Below, in pieces: positions 9,860 to 19,659 of a DNA stretch of 59,162 bases (position 1 is its first letter; every line of letters starts with the position of its first letter). The notes beneath the pieces were generated by a model. The model made no database searches. It had not been told where the DNA came from and worked only from the letters and a program-made list of their open reading frames with translations. The stretch is from Anaerolineales bacterium (lineage in GTDB: Bacteria; Chloroflexota; Anaerolineae; Anaerolineales; E44-bin32). Where the stretch lies: NCBI GenBank assembly GCA_041573795.1, contig JBFFQB010000003.1, forward strand, positions 1-59,162, written 5' to 3'. The translations under genes and the position numbers were made by a program.

Positions 9860-11917
9860 ATGTCTGAATTTAAACTTCATGCTCCCTATCGTACGATGGG
9901 AGATCAACCAGAAGCGATTAAATCCCTCAAACTTGGTTTGGAGCGCGGCGACAAGCACCAGGTGCTGTTAGGTGCAACTGGAACGGGTAAAACTTTTACG
10001 ATTGCTAACATTATCGCTGATACGCAACGCCCCACCCTCGTACTGGCTCATAACAAAACACTAGCCGCACAACTCTACGCCGAGTTCAAATCCTTCTTCC
10101 CTGAAAATGCTGTGGGGTACTTCGTTTCCTATTATGACTACTATCAACCCGAAGCTTACGTCCCCAAGAATGATCTCTATATTGAAAAGGAAACTGACAT
10201 CAACGAGGAGATTGACCGCTTACGACTCTCGGCAACTGCCTCGCTCATGTCTCGCCGGGATGTCATTATTGTTGCTTCGGTTTCATGTATTTACGGTATT
10301 GGCAATCCTGAAGCTTATGGCAGCGTTGTGCTCAATCTCGAGAAAGGTGCGCCATACCGGCGCAACACCATTCTGCGTCAGCTCGTAGAGAGCCATTATG
10401 ATCGCAACGACATCGAACTTCGACCAGGCACCTTCCGGGTGCGAGGTGACACGCTGGAAGTTGCACCCGCATATGAGGAGCGTGGCTACCGCATGAGCTT
10501 CTTCGGGGAAGAACTGGAGCGCATTATTGAGTTCAACATGCTCACCGGTGAACTGCTCGTCGAAAGGGATGAGGTGAGCATTTACCCCGCAAAACATTTC
10601 ATCACGGAAGACGAAAAGCTGAAAGCGGCCATCAAGGATATCGAGCTCGAATTGCGGGAGCATCTGGCTGTCTTACGATCCAACGACCAGCTCCTTGAGG
10701 CCCAGCGGCTTGAGCAACGAACCCAATACGATCTTGAAATGCTGCGGGAGGTTGGCTATTGTTCCGGCATTGAAAACTACTCTCGTCATTTAGATCAGCG
10801 ACCGGCAGGCTCATCGCCATGGACGCTGGTTGATTACTTCCCTCCAGACTTCCTACTGGTCGTGGATGAAAGCCATATGACCATTCCCCAGGTGCGGGGC
10901 ATGTACGCCGGCGACAGATCACGCAAAGAGACGCTGGTCGAGTTTGGTTTTCGCTTACCCTCTGCGTTAGACAACCGCCCGCTTAACTTTGACGAGTTCG
11001 AAACACGCATCGGCCAGGTGATATACACCTCGGCCACCCCCGGACCCTATGAATTAGAAAAGGCTGTTCAGGTTGTGGAACAAATCATCCGACCCACCGG
11101 TCTCGTCGATCCTGAAGTTGAGATTCGCCCGGTGGAGGGCCAGATCGATGACCTAGTTTCAGAGGTTCGTCGCAGGGTTGAGGTCGGCGAGCGTGCGTTG
11201 GTGACGACCCTAACAAAGCGCATGGCGGAAGATCTTTCCGATTACCTGCTTGAGCTGGGGATCAAAGTCCATTACCTGCACTCCGAGATTGATACGATCG
11301 AGCGCGTCGAAATTCTTCGCGATCTGCGCTTAGGCGTATTTGATGTGGTTGTAGGCATCAATTTGCTGCGGGAGGGGTTGGATTTACCCGAAGTATCCCT
11401 GGTGGCGATCCTGGATGCAGATAAGGAAGGCTTTCTGCGCTCGGATACGGCGCTGATCCAAACCATTGGTCGTGCTGCACGACACGTCAACGGCCAGGTC
11501 CTGATGTACGCCGATCGGGTGACCAATTCGATGCAGCGCGCGATCGATGAGACCGAACGACGCCGCAATAAACAGATCGCCTATAACCAGGAGCACGGCA
11601 TTGAGCCAGTGAGTATCCGCAAAGAGATCCGTGATCTCACCGACCAAATGGCTTCGCGGTCAGTAGCGGAGGATAGCGCCGAGTATCGCGCCTTCAATCC
11701 CGCTGACTTGCCCAGAGATGAGCTGCACCGCATGATCAAGGAATTAGAGAAGCAGATGCGCCACGCGGCCGAGGCGCTCGAATTTGAGAAAGCTGCCAGC
11801 CTTAGGGATCAGATCTTCGAGATGCGCGAGGTGCTGGCAGAGAAGGAAGGCGTGCCGCCCTGGCGCCGGGCGCATGTGCTCGCCGGGGAAAATGGGGGCG
11901 AAGTCATCAGCGAATAG
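9860..11917 (+). CDS. uvrB: Excinuclease ABC subunit B
   Basis: 685 aa. Walker [13 protein letters not shown] box, and a C-terminal UVR domain ([12 protein letters not shown]). Confidence 0.98.
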   Translation: MSEFKLHAPYRTMGDQPEAIKSLKLGLERGDKHQVLLGATGTGKTFTIANIIADTQRPTLVLAHNKTLAAQLYAEFKSFFPENAVGYFVSYYDYYQPEAYVPKNDLYIEKETDINEEIDRLRLSATASLMSRRDVIIVASVSCIYGIGNPEAYGSVVLNLEKGAPYRRNTILRQLVESHYDRNDIELRPGTFRVRGDTLEVAPAYEERGYRMSFFGEELERIIEFNMLTGELLVERDEVSIYPAKHFITEDEKLKAAIKDIELELREHLAVLRSNDQLLEAQRLEQRTQYDLEMLREVGYCSGIENYSRHLDQRPAGSSPWTLVDYFPPDFLLVVDESHMTIPQVRGMYAGDRSRKETLVEFGFRLPSALDNRPLNFDEFETRIGQVIYTSATPGPYELEKAVQVVEQIIRPTGLVDPEVEIRPVEGQIDDLVSEVRRRVEVGERALVTTLTKRMAEDLSDYLLELGIKVHYLHSEIDTIERVEILRDLRLGVFDVVVGINLLREGLDLPEVSLVAILDADKEGFLRSDTALIQTIGRAARHVNGQVLMYADRVTNSMQRAIDETERRRNKQIAYNQEHGIEPVSIRKEIRDLTDQMASRSVAEDSAEYRAFNPADLPRDELHRMIKELEKQMRHAAEALEFEKAASLRDQIFEMREVLAEKEGVPPWRRAHVLAGENGGEVISE

Positions 11918-12005
11918 ACTCCGACAGAAGTCGATTCCTGTTCCACGTTGTTGTGCTTCTCACTTATCGTAAAAAAGGGCCCTTTGCCTTCAACCTAGCG
12001 CAACT

Positions 12006-12293
12006 TTGTCTTTTAAACGCACCTGGCCGCCAAAAAGGCGACCAAGGCGGAGGGATTTACGGGCGGAGGTTGCCCGTGTTAAGGTACAACCGCATTATGC
12101 CATTATTCTCATGCTGTGGATGGCTTTGTTAGGTGGCTGTAAGGTGAGTTTTGGAGTGGATAAAACCAGGAGCAAAGAGCAAATTTATAATGCTTTGTCT
12201 TCTAGTGAGCGCTATATATCTGCTTGCGCATTCGATCAATCCTATGGATCAAAAAGTCTGTACGATGAAGCCCTGATCGTAATGAATCTTTAG
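12006..12293 (+). CDS. Possible small lipoprotein (hypothetical)
   Basis: TTG-started ORF in an AT-rich stretch. It contains a hydrophobic segment plus the lipobox-like LLGGC. No family was recognised and the start is uncertain. Confidence 0.2.
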   Translation: MSFKRTWPPKRRPRRRDLRAEVARVKVQPHYAIILMLWMALLGGCKVSFGVDKTRSKEQIYNALSSSERYISACAFDQSYGSKSLYDEALIVMNL

Positions 12294-12374
12294 GACATAA
12301 CATTTTTCATTCCTGGCTACTAGTAAAACCTTTTCCCAGAGGAATCCACTTGAGCCATTTTAGGTAGAATTGGC

Positions 12375-13445
12375 TTGATCATGGTATCAGAGAGTGCTCG
12401 ACAGCCATCGAAACCCCAAACCGATATGAAGCGAATTCTTGAGATCGACATTCTACGCACTTTTGCAACGCTCTTACTCCTTTTGCACCACTCAGGCTAT
12501 TACCAGTTTAGAGTATCCGGTGTACGTTTGAAGCACCTCATTCGAATCCCAGTTGGATTTGCATTGCTTGGGATATTCATCTTTCTATCTGGGTATCTTG
12601 TTGGTTATTACATAAGACGCAAGGGACCCATCAAGCTGCGTCAATATTATTCACGCCGGATCCTCAGGCTTTTCCCACCGTACATCTTTTCACTCATTCT
12701 TTATCGAGAAGTACTCGGTATTCAACTTGAAGGCGTCGATTTTTGGATTCACTTTTTCGGGCTGCAGATCCTGCTAGCGCCTATGTTCTCCAGACCAATT
12801 ATTACGCTTTGGTATGTTGGATTATTGATCCTATGTCTACTTATCGTTCCACCGATATTAAACCGTTTCAAGAAAGTATCTTATTCTAGCCTGGCCTTCG
12901 TCGCCTTATTCATCTTGGCGACCATCATCCATGAGCAATACCGATTGATAGATATTCGCTTCTTCTATTTTTTCTGGATCTTTTCTCTGGGAGCGCTCAT
13001 AGGAAGATATTACACATCTGGCATGGAACTGCTGAAGCATCCACTCAGTATCATCACCTCAATCATTATCGTTTCTCTAACCGGGTATAGGCTGTTTAAG
13101 AGTCAGAATAGCTATTACGATAGCTTTCACTGGGGCCATCTCCTCTGGGCTACTACCTATATGATTTCCTTTATCCATCTTGCATTTCTTGCAGCAAGCA
13201 GTTTAAAGAGAATGAGCAATGTCAAGCGTTTGGCAACGTGGATATCAGGAGGAACATACTTTACCTATATCCTTCATCGGCCGATTTGGGATCTTTTGAT
13301 CTTCTTCTTCCCGTATACAAGCGATCCCGCAACATTTTCATTCAAAATCTTCGTCGGTTCACCCATAGTGATCTTCCTATCAGCAAAACTTCAACCTGTT
13401 TATGAGAGGTGGATCACCAAGCCCGGGAAGCGGAAGTTGGATTGA
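12375..13445 (+). CDS. Acyltransferase family 3 integral membrane protein
   Basis: About 10 TM helices. N-terminal LEIDILRTFATLLLLLHH resembles the acyltransferase_3 signature. The start could be 12375 (TTG), 12381 or 12426. The gene is visibly more AT-rich than its neighbours. Confidence 0.72.
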   Translation: MIMVSESARQPSKPQTDMKRILEIDILRTFATLLLLLHHSGYYQFRVSGVRLKHLIRIPVGFALLGIFIFLSGYLVGYYIRRKGPIKLRQYYSRRILRLFPPYIFSLILYREVLGIQLEGVDFWIHFFGLQILLAPMFSRPIITLWYVGLLILCLLIVPPILNRFKKVSYSSLAFVALFILATIIHEQYRLIDIRFFYFFWIFSLGALIGRYYTSGMELLKHPLSIITSIIIVSLTGYRLFKSQNSYYDSFHWGHLLWATTYMISFIHLAFLAASSLKRMSNVKRLATWISGGTYFTYILHRPIWDLLIFFFPYTSDPATFSFKIFVGSPIVIFLSAKLQPVYERWITKPGKRKLD

Positions 13446-13554
13446 AGCGCTTGTGAGGTTTGTCGTCGACCACCTTTTAGCAACGTATGGCAATCTAATC
13501 TCGTACCAATAAGCAGGTTAGCGGCTAGGTGTTGCCTTTCTGTTAACAATGAAG

Positions 13555-13627
13555 CGCCCCTGACAGGATTCGAACCTGTAACCACCGGATTAGAAGTCCG
13601 GTGCTCTATCCATTGAGCTACAGGGGC
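13555..13627 (-). tRNA. tRNA-Arg (anticodon TCT)
   Basis: Manual cloverleaf: acceptor GCCCCTG/CAGGGGC, D arm GCTC-AATGGATA-GAGC, anticodon arm CCGGA-CTTCTAA-TCCGG, T arm ACAGG-TTCGAAT-CCTGT. No encoded CCA. Confidence 0.95.
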
Positions 13628-13660
13628 TTGGACTAATTGTAGGTGAAAGCCATGCGGGGT

Positions 13661-14095
13661 TCAATCCTTGAGATAAGGTCTGATTCCCTTATACACTCTT
13701 GGGCTTGATAGTGTGCGCAGGATCATGGCTGCCGGACGGGTAAGTTTCTCCCCCAATTCCTCCGGGCTAAGCGGCGTGTTCCCATTCGATAGAAAAACTC
13801 GGAAGACGGCGTTAACCAGGGTAGTCTGCGGCGTGAGGTAATCCTCTTGGATAGCGCAGTGTGTGATGAGTGTATGCTGAATGCCCAGCACGCGCGTCAC
13901 CTCAGCCGTCTCGGGGTGGATGGTGTCAACCTTCTCATCCCCCTCGATCTCGCTGAAGGCTTCTTGATGTTCAGCGCATAGATGGCTGCGCAAGTAGACA
14001 TCAAGCTCACGGTCTGTCCGATCCCACCAGTTGTAATCAATGTGGAATTTTGTCGCCAATGTTGGGCGAGTGAGTGTTCGGGGTCGTTCACTCAT
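13661..14095 (-). CDS. Hypothetical protein, translationally coupled to the upstream 530-aa gene
   Basis: The ATG at 14095 forms an ATGA overlap with the stop of the 14092-15684 ORF (the track start at 14107 is TTG). The amino-acid composition looks coding. No domain was recognised. Confidence 0.6.
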   Translation of the reverse strand: MSERPRTLTRPTLATKFHIDYNWWDRTDRELDVYLRSHLCAEHQEAFSEIEGDEKVDTIHPETAEVTRVLGIQHTLITHCAIQEDYLTPQTTLVNAVFRVFLSNGNTPLSPEELGEKLTRPAAMILRTLSSPRVYKGIRPYLKD

Positions 14096-15684
14096 GAGGC
14101 ATCCCAAGCACTGGCTTCAAACCGCCAGTATAAATCACCGACATGAACATAATACGGACGTGAGGTCAGTTCCGAGAAAACCGCCGCCGGAGGTTGACGC
14201 ACAACGACATTGACTGCCGCATACAACGTTTGCGCATGAACAGCACTTTGCGGGGTCAGCTTTGCTAATTCACGGAAAATGTGCGCCACCGTTCGGTCGA
14301 GTGGAGGATTTTTTGCCTGGCGTTTCATCCAGGCTTCATCCAGCGCTTGCCTGTCGATCAAACCGATAACCATAAGATCATCATACGCCGTCCCGACTGG
14401 CTGTTTCAACATGGTGAAGCCCACCTGGCCATTTTCGTCAATCGAAACCGTACGTATCCAATCGTTGCGCATGCGCCGATCCAGCGTCTCAACAATGACC
14501 TCACCCGGGGTCTCACCGCTCTTCACGCGGATCAATCCACCCGCAGGTACTTGATACTCCTGGAACCACTGCTCCAAACCATAGACATAGCCGCGATTAC
14601 GAACGACCCAGCCAGGAAATTTCTTTCCGCTATGACCATCGACAAGGATAAAGCGAATGCGTGGGGCTTCATAGGCAGTCGGAAATAAAGGTTTCAATTG
14701 CTGAGATAATGGAAATGCACCCACGCGCCAATGCGGGAACAGCAGCGGGAAGGTCACCTCCGGGCTACGTTCATGCTCGAATTCGATATCGATTAACTCG
14801 TCAAACAAATTCCCTTCGAGCTCGAGCAATTCCTGTGTAAAGTTGCTGCGGTCGTATTCGTTGGATTCGCTCTCCAGCCTGGGTGGTGTAAAGAGAACCT
14901 CTGGCGGTTCTAATCGCTGCAAATACCATAACACTTCACCAGCCGGACCGACCTCATCGAAGCGTTCGTCTTCCTGTAGCGCATAATCGAGTGAAAAGGA
15001 TGCCAATTGGGAGGCCAATGACTCTGACAATTCGATGTGCTTGAGCAGATCATCGGTAGGCAGTGGGCCACCCTCAGAGACATCAAGCACAGCTTCGGCG
15101 AGATTCAGATGACCCTCATTGATCTCTGCGACCAAGGCCTTCGGGAACCATTTACCAGCGATACGGACAATGTCATCTGAACCGGATAGTTCAGCTTCAA
15201 GCTCCTGCGCAATCAACCGGCCAAATCGCTGCATGATGTAGTTCGGATCAAAGTCGTCAATTTCAGCGGTTGTTTCGGGAGGCTGGTTTAAGATGTGTTC
15301 AGGAAAATTCATAGCGAACTCCCGGGATTGTTCGCCATTCTCAAACTTAACCTCGATCACATCGAAGTTCCCAATATCTGGATTCATTCCACCCCGAATT
15401 TTAACCACCTCGCCAACACGGTTATCGAAGAGTGGAAAGGTCAGCATCTGGCCAACTTTATAGGTTTCAGCGGGCAAATAGACCGGATGCTCAGTCTGCT
15501 TGGCCTCTTCAAGGGATTGCTTGACTTGTTCCAGGCGAACTTCAACTAGCGCTAGAGCCATCTCTTCGCTGGTAAGGGGGATTTCACGCTCTAGCAAGAG
15601 ATTGATGATAAAGTCAATATCACCACTCTCAAGTTCATAACTGGACCAGTAAGCTTCTGGTGAGGTGTAGGTAACTGCAGACAT
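14092..15684 (-). CDS. Hypothetical acidic cytoplasmic protein (530 aa), no recognised family
   Basis: Long ORF with protein-like composition and no TM segments. The overlapping plus-strand ORFs look like antisense noise. Confidence 0.75.
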   Translation of the reverse strand: MSAVTYTSPEAYWSSYELESGDIDFIINLLLEREIPLTSEEMALALVEVRLEQVKQSLEEAKQTEHPVYLPAETYKVGQMLTFPLFDNRVGEVVKIRGGMNPDIGNFDVIEVKFENGEQSREFAMNFPEHILNQPPETTAEIDDFDPNYIMQRFGRLIAQELEAELSGSDDIVRIAGKWFPKALVAEINEGHLNLAEAVLDVSEGGPLPTDDLLKHIELSESLASQLASFSLDYALQEDERFDEVGPAGEVLWYLQRLEPPEVLFTPPRLESESNEYDRSNFTQELLELEGNLFDELIDIEFEHERSPEVTFPLLFPHWRVGAFPLSQQLKPLFPTAYEAPRIRFILVDGHSGKKFPGWVVRNRGYVYGLEQWFQEYQVPAGGLIRVKSGETPGEVIVETLDRRMRNDWIRTVSIDENGQVGFTMLKQPVGTAYDDLMVIGLIDRQALDEAWMKRQAKNPPLDRTVAHIFRELAKLTPQSAVHAQTLYAAVNVVVRQPPAAVFSELTSRPYYVHVGDLYWRFEASAWDAS

Positions 15685-15751
15685 AAAATTGGAAATGAGA
15701 TTCAGTCGGGGAATCCTGAAGCATTATACTACATACCCGAGGAGGGTCAGT

Positions 15752-16012
15752 ATGGGTGTTGAATATATTCTGCTCGTTTCGGTATCTGGAAAGCTTGAAG
15801 CAGAGATCATTCATGGCATGCTGCAAGCTTATGGTGTTGACGCAGTCATGTCCCACGAAGCTGCAGCCAGTATTTACGGTCTAGGCGTTGGTCCAACCGC
15901 CGAAGTCGATATCCTCGTGCCCGAAGATCGTCTCAACGAAGCCAAGCAACTCCTCGATGACTACCAGCAAGGTCGTCTTGAAGCAGCGGATATCGACACG
16001 GATGAAACTTGA
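15752..16012 (+). CDS. DUF2007-like putative signal-transducing small protein
   Basis: GKLEAEIIHGMLQAYGV and DILVPEDRLNEAKQLL resemble the DUF2007 fold pattern. ATG at 15752 is preceded by GAGGAGGG. Confidence 0.55.
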   Translation: MGVEYILLVSVSGKLEAEIIHGMLQAYGVDAVMSHEAAASIYGLGVGPTAEVDILVPEDRLNEAKQLLDDYQQGRLEAADIDTDET

Positions 16013-16030
16013 GGGAGGCTCGATTAGGTT

Positions 16031-17422
16031 TCAGGATATCGGCTCGGTAACCCAATCGAGTGGTTGGACGGGAACACCACCCACCCAGATCTCCCAGTGG
16101 AGGTGTGGGCCGGTAACCCTTCCTGTAGCACCGACCAATCCGATCACCTGACCGCGTTCTACCCGCTCCCCCACCCCCACAAACAACTCGCTTTGGTGCA
16201 AATAGCCTGAGTAGACTCCCCAGCCATGATCGATATAGGTCGCATTTCCACGCACGGTCAAAGCATCTGCAAAAACCACGACGCCGTCTGCCGGGGCATA
16301 GATGGGCACATTATTCCCGTAAAAATCAACCCCAGTATGATAGTAAAGCAAGGCGCCATTATTGTAATTCCGCCGGGTACCGAATTCGGAGACAAATTCC
16401 TCAGTGTAGTACTGCGAAGGATAGTCGAATGAGCCTTCCCAGAACTTGGTTTCTGTCTTGGGGGATAAGAGCGCGGCGATCAGATCTTCTTCAGGCTGCG
16501 TGACCGCCGGATCGACGGTCTCTGGTGGAACTCCGCTCAAGATCCGAAATCCATAGTCACCTTCATTGAGCTGGATAGGCTGGCGAAAACCGTAAACGGC
16601 TTCGCCTGATTCTTCGGATCGCACTTCGATCGAAAAATCGATTGAGCCGGGATCTGCCAGGGCATGAACGCCCTGGAGCGTCGACTGGCCCCCGTCGTTA
16701 TTCTGAAAGAATTGCAGCTGATTTTCCCCCAATTCCCCGACGTATGAATATCCTTCGGCGCCTGAAATCTGGATTAGAGCTGTATTCCCCTGGGTGAGTG
16801 GATAAGGAGAAATCGTAAGATTCTCCAGGAATTGAGGCAGCGCTATGATTCCAGTTTCACCTTGCTTAAGCGGCGACGTCCCCGGTAAAAGCCATCGGTG
16901 GAAGGGGTCTTCGTCATTGATAAAAAGCGTGTACGGAGATTGCCCCAATCGGGCTGTTCGCTCAAGTCGTGTTTCTCCCCGAAGCACAATCTCAACAGGT
17001 CGCAGTTCAGCCTCTGTCCCTTCGCTTCCCACCGGGACGAAAACGGACTGACCCGCATATACGCTTTCGAGACGAACGATGCGGTTGAGCCTGGCGAGAT
17101 CGACAGGATCCAAGCCGTACTGATAGCTAAGACTGGTGAAGGTCTCACCCGGATCAACTGTCCTCAAGGTTAGCTCTCCTTCGATACCCGGGAACCCGGG
17201 AAGAAGAAGTGAGTCGCCGGGAAAGAGGCGAGCTGGATCCACGATCCCATTTGCTTGCACGATCAAATCCTGAGAGACCCCAAATCGACGGGCGATGGCG
17301 CTCAAGGTATCACCGGCTTGGACGACATAAATCGGCCCGGTTTCTTGCGCGCTTGACGGCACCGGGATGGCCAGCATAGCGATGACCAGGCTCAGCAAGA
17401 GCCATCTTCGTCCCTTAAGCAT
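16031..17422 (-). CDS. Secreted LysM-domain / M23 family metallopeptidase
   Basis: Signal peptide MLKGRRWLLLSLVIAMLAIPVPSSAQE. LysM repeats (YVVQAGDTLSAIARRFGV, VDPGETFTSLSYQYGL). M23 motifs HTGVDF and GPHLHWEI. I chose the start at 17422, which overlaps the DUF192 stop by 8 nt. Confidence 0.9.
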   Translation of the reverse strand: MLKGRRWLLLSLVIAMLAIPVPSSAQETGPIYVVQAGDTLSAIARRFGVSQDLIVQANGIVDPARLFPGDSLLLPGFPGIEGELTLRTVDPGETFTSLSYQYGLDPVDLARLNRIVRLESVYAGQSVFVPVGSEGTEAELRPVEIVLRGETRLERTARLGQSPYTLFINDEDPFHRWLLPGTSPLKQGETGIIALPQFLENLTISPYPLTQGNTALIQISGAEGYSYVGELGENQLQFFQNNDGGQSTLQGVHALADPGSIDFSIEVRSEESGEAVYGFRQPIQLNEGDYGFRILSGVPPETVDPAVTQPEEDLIAALLSPKTETKFWEGSFDYPSQYYTEEFVSEFGTRRNYNNGALLYYHTGVDFYGNNVPIYAPADGVVVFADALTVRGNATYIDHGWGVYSGYLHQSELFVGVGERVERGQVIGLVGATGRVTGPHLHWEIWVGGVPVQPLDWVTEPIS

Positions 17423-17783
17423 CGACCCACTCCAGCTGATCATCGATGGCGATTCGCTCAATCATCTCGACCGGTCCCTCTAATACATATTGCGCCGGGG
17501 TATCGGGAAAGTAGACCCTCCAGGGCTTGGCTATTTTAAGGTCAACAACCTTCAGGTCTTTATTCAACCACGCCACGGCTATTGGAAAGAAAACCATCCA
17601 CATATGGATGGAAGCATTAGTGCGGCTTTCTGCCTTTTCTACCAGGATCAAACCTTCATCCCTGGGTAGAATGCGTCGAAAAGTAAGCCCACGAAGCTTG
17701 CATAGATAGGATTGGCACCAGCGCGCCTTCACCACCTGCTCTTTTGCTCGCGTGACGTTGTTGATCGATACCCAACGTGGCAT
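17415..17783 (-). CDS. DUF192 domain protein
   Basis: 122 aa. LRGLTFR, SIHMWMVFFPIAVAWL and the overall size fit DUF192. Confidence 0.7.
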   Translation of the reverse strand: MPRWVSINNVTRAKEQVVKARWCQSYLCKLRGLTFRRILPRDEGLILVEKAESRTNASIHMWMVFFPIAVAWLNKDLKVVDLKIAKPWRVYFPDTPAQYVLEGPVEMIERIAIDDQLEWVDA

Positions 17784-17850
17784 AGTCTCTCACATAAATA
17801 AAAAAACAGGGCGGACCATCACCGCCCTGTCGGTGTTCGGTCACCGAGAC

Positions 17851-18237
17851 TTATTCTACCTCACCGATGATCTTTTCCACACTCTCAAGCAATTCCTGCG
17901 GACCAAATGGCTTGGTGATGTAATCGTCCACTTTGGCAATATGTAAACCCAGGACTTTATCAATCGACTGTGCTTTGGCAGTGACGACGACAACCGGGAT
18001 TTCCCGCAAGACATTATCGGCTTTCATCTGCTGGTAAACTTCCCAGCCATCCATATCAGGCATCATTAAATCCAGGAGCACCAAATCTGGTCGCTCCCGG
18101 CGAACGGTCTCCAAGCCTTCAATCCCCCCGTTCGCGCCGATCACATTGAACCCTTTACGACCCAAGATCAAACGAACCAGATCGATCATCTCTGGTTCAT
18201 CTTCAATACAAACTACACGCTTGGCATCCTCTGCCAT
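17851..18237 (-). CDS. Stand-alone response regulator receiver protein
   Basis: 128 aa. VVCIEDEPE, PDLVLLDLMMPDMDG, VVVVTAK and KPF are CheY-like receiver motifs. There is no output domain. Confidence 0.9.
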   Translation of the reverse strand: MAEDAKRVVCIEDEPEMIDLVRLILGRKGFNVIGANGGIEGLETVRRERPDLVLLDLMMPDMDGWEVYQQMKADNVLREIPVVVVTAKAQSIDKVLGLHIAKVDDYITKPFGPQELLESVEKIIGEVE

Positions 18238-18427
18238 TGGGCTCCCTCAAGGATGAGTGCTGGAATACGCACGTAGTGTATCATAACCACCTTTCCGCGC
18301 AACGAGCCGTATGTCCTATGTACGTTCTGCTGTAAATGATCCATTTTTGGATATAAAAATGGGCAATATGGCATCTCCAGATTGCCAGCAGGATTCTCTT
18401 CGATTGGTCTTCAGAGGGTGAACCAGA

Positions 18428-19570
18428 TCAAGTGACCGCAGCCGCCCGCACCTGATCCGTGATCAAATCTGCGCGGATCGATGCTAGACGGAAGATCTCG
18501 CTGATATCTCGGTTGGTTATCAAACCGAGAAACTCACCGCCCTCGACGACAGGAAGCGCCTCCACACGTAGTTCCGCTAACTTCTGCTGGGCTGAGAGCA
18601 CCTCATCATCCGGAGAGACTGGTTCCACATCGCGCAGCATGACTTGCTGGATGGTAATGTCAGGGCCGTGCCGGTTTAGCGCCTCCACGAGACGAGCATG
18701 GGTAAGTAAACCGACCAATTCAGTTCCATCACATACAGGAAAATCGGACTGGAATGTGTTCAGGGTTAGTTCAACTGCATCTTTAAGCAGCTGTTCAGGT
18801 GCCACATGATGGGCACCACGAGAGTAGGCTTGCCCAACTGTAAGTCCTGCTAAGGTATCCCGAGCGAGAACCATTTGCCGCTCTTGGCCTGCTCCAGAGT
18901 ATATAAATAGCGCGATCAACACCCAGAAGAAATTTCCTTGTATAAAGCCATAAATGCCCATAAGGAATGCCAGTGCCTGGCCAATGCCTACAGCAGCAGT
19001 GGTTGCGCGTGCGTAAGCCATTCGGGTTGCCAACAGCGCTCTAAGCACCCTTCCGCCGTCCATGGGGAAAGCCGGGATCAAGTTAAATATCGCCAGCAAT
19101 AGATTGGAGGAGAATACGTAGCCAAACAATGCCAGCAGGCTCATTCTATCTAGGCCCAACAGCAGGGAGGGCAGCCGATCCAGACTCAGCGAAATACCTG
19201 CCAGTAAAGCGATCAAGCCAAAGAGTATCGCCAGGGCAAAATTGACAGCCGGACCCGCAATGGCGATGACAAATTCCTGTATAGGTTTTTCGGGCATGCG
19301 GGTTAATTGGGCCACGCCGCCAATGGGTAGGAGAACGATCTGTTCGACCTCAATGCCGTAATATTGCGCCGCGACACTGTGGCCAAGCTCATGTAGTACT
19401 ACAACCACGAATAGAAGCAAGGTTGCGACCACACCGAAAATCGCCCCCTCATACCCCCCGCGGCTGATAAGACCGAACTGAAGGGCTGACCAGATGAGGA
19501 TTAGAGGGAAGGTAATATGCATGCGAATATCGATCCCCCGCACGCTGAATAACTTAATCGACTGCCCCAT
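18428..19570 (-). CDS. Site-2 protease family (M50) zinc metalloprotease with tandem CBS domains
   Basis: HELGH zinc motif, PMDGG (the NPDG-like second motif), multiple TM helices, and a C-terminal CBS pair. Confidence 0.9.
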   Translation of the reverse strand: MGQSIKLFSVRGIDIRMHITFPLILIWSALQFGLISRGGYEGAIFGVVATLLLFVVVVLHELGHSVAAQYYGIEVEQIVLLPIGGVAQLTRMPEKPIQEFVIAIAGPAVNFALAILFGLIALLAGISLSLDRLPSLLLGLDRMSLLALFGYVFSSNLLLAIFNLIPAFPMDGGRVLRALLATRMAYARATTAAVGIGQALAFLMGIYGFIQGNFFWVLIALFIYSGAGQERQMVLARDTLAGLTVGQAYSRGAHHVAPEQLLKDAVELTLNTFQSDFPVCDGTELVGLLTHARLVEALNRHGPDITIQQVMLRDVEPVSPDDEVLSAQQKLAELRVEALPVVEGGEFLGLITNRDISEIFRLASIRADLITDQVRAAAVT

Positions 19571-19659
19571 AGAATTTCCTCCTAACGCAGTAATGGCAGT
19601 ATATCAAAGCGCTTGTCAGGATTTCATCTGTTTGGATAAGAAATGTGTTAGAAATCGTA

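Noticed and set aside
13400-13585. A 61-codon minus-strand ORF
   Set aside because: It overlaps the tRNA-Arg gene and the 3' end of the acyltransferase gene. It is an artefact.
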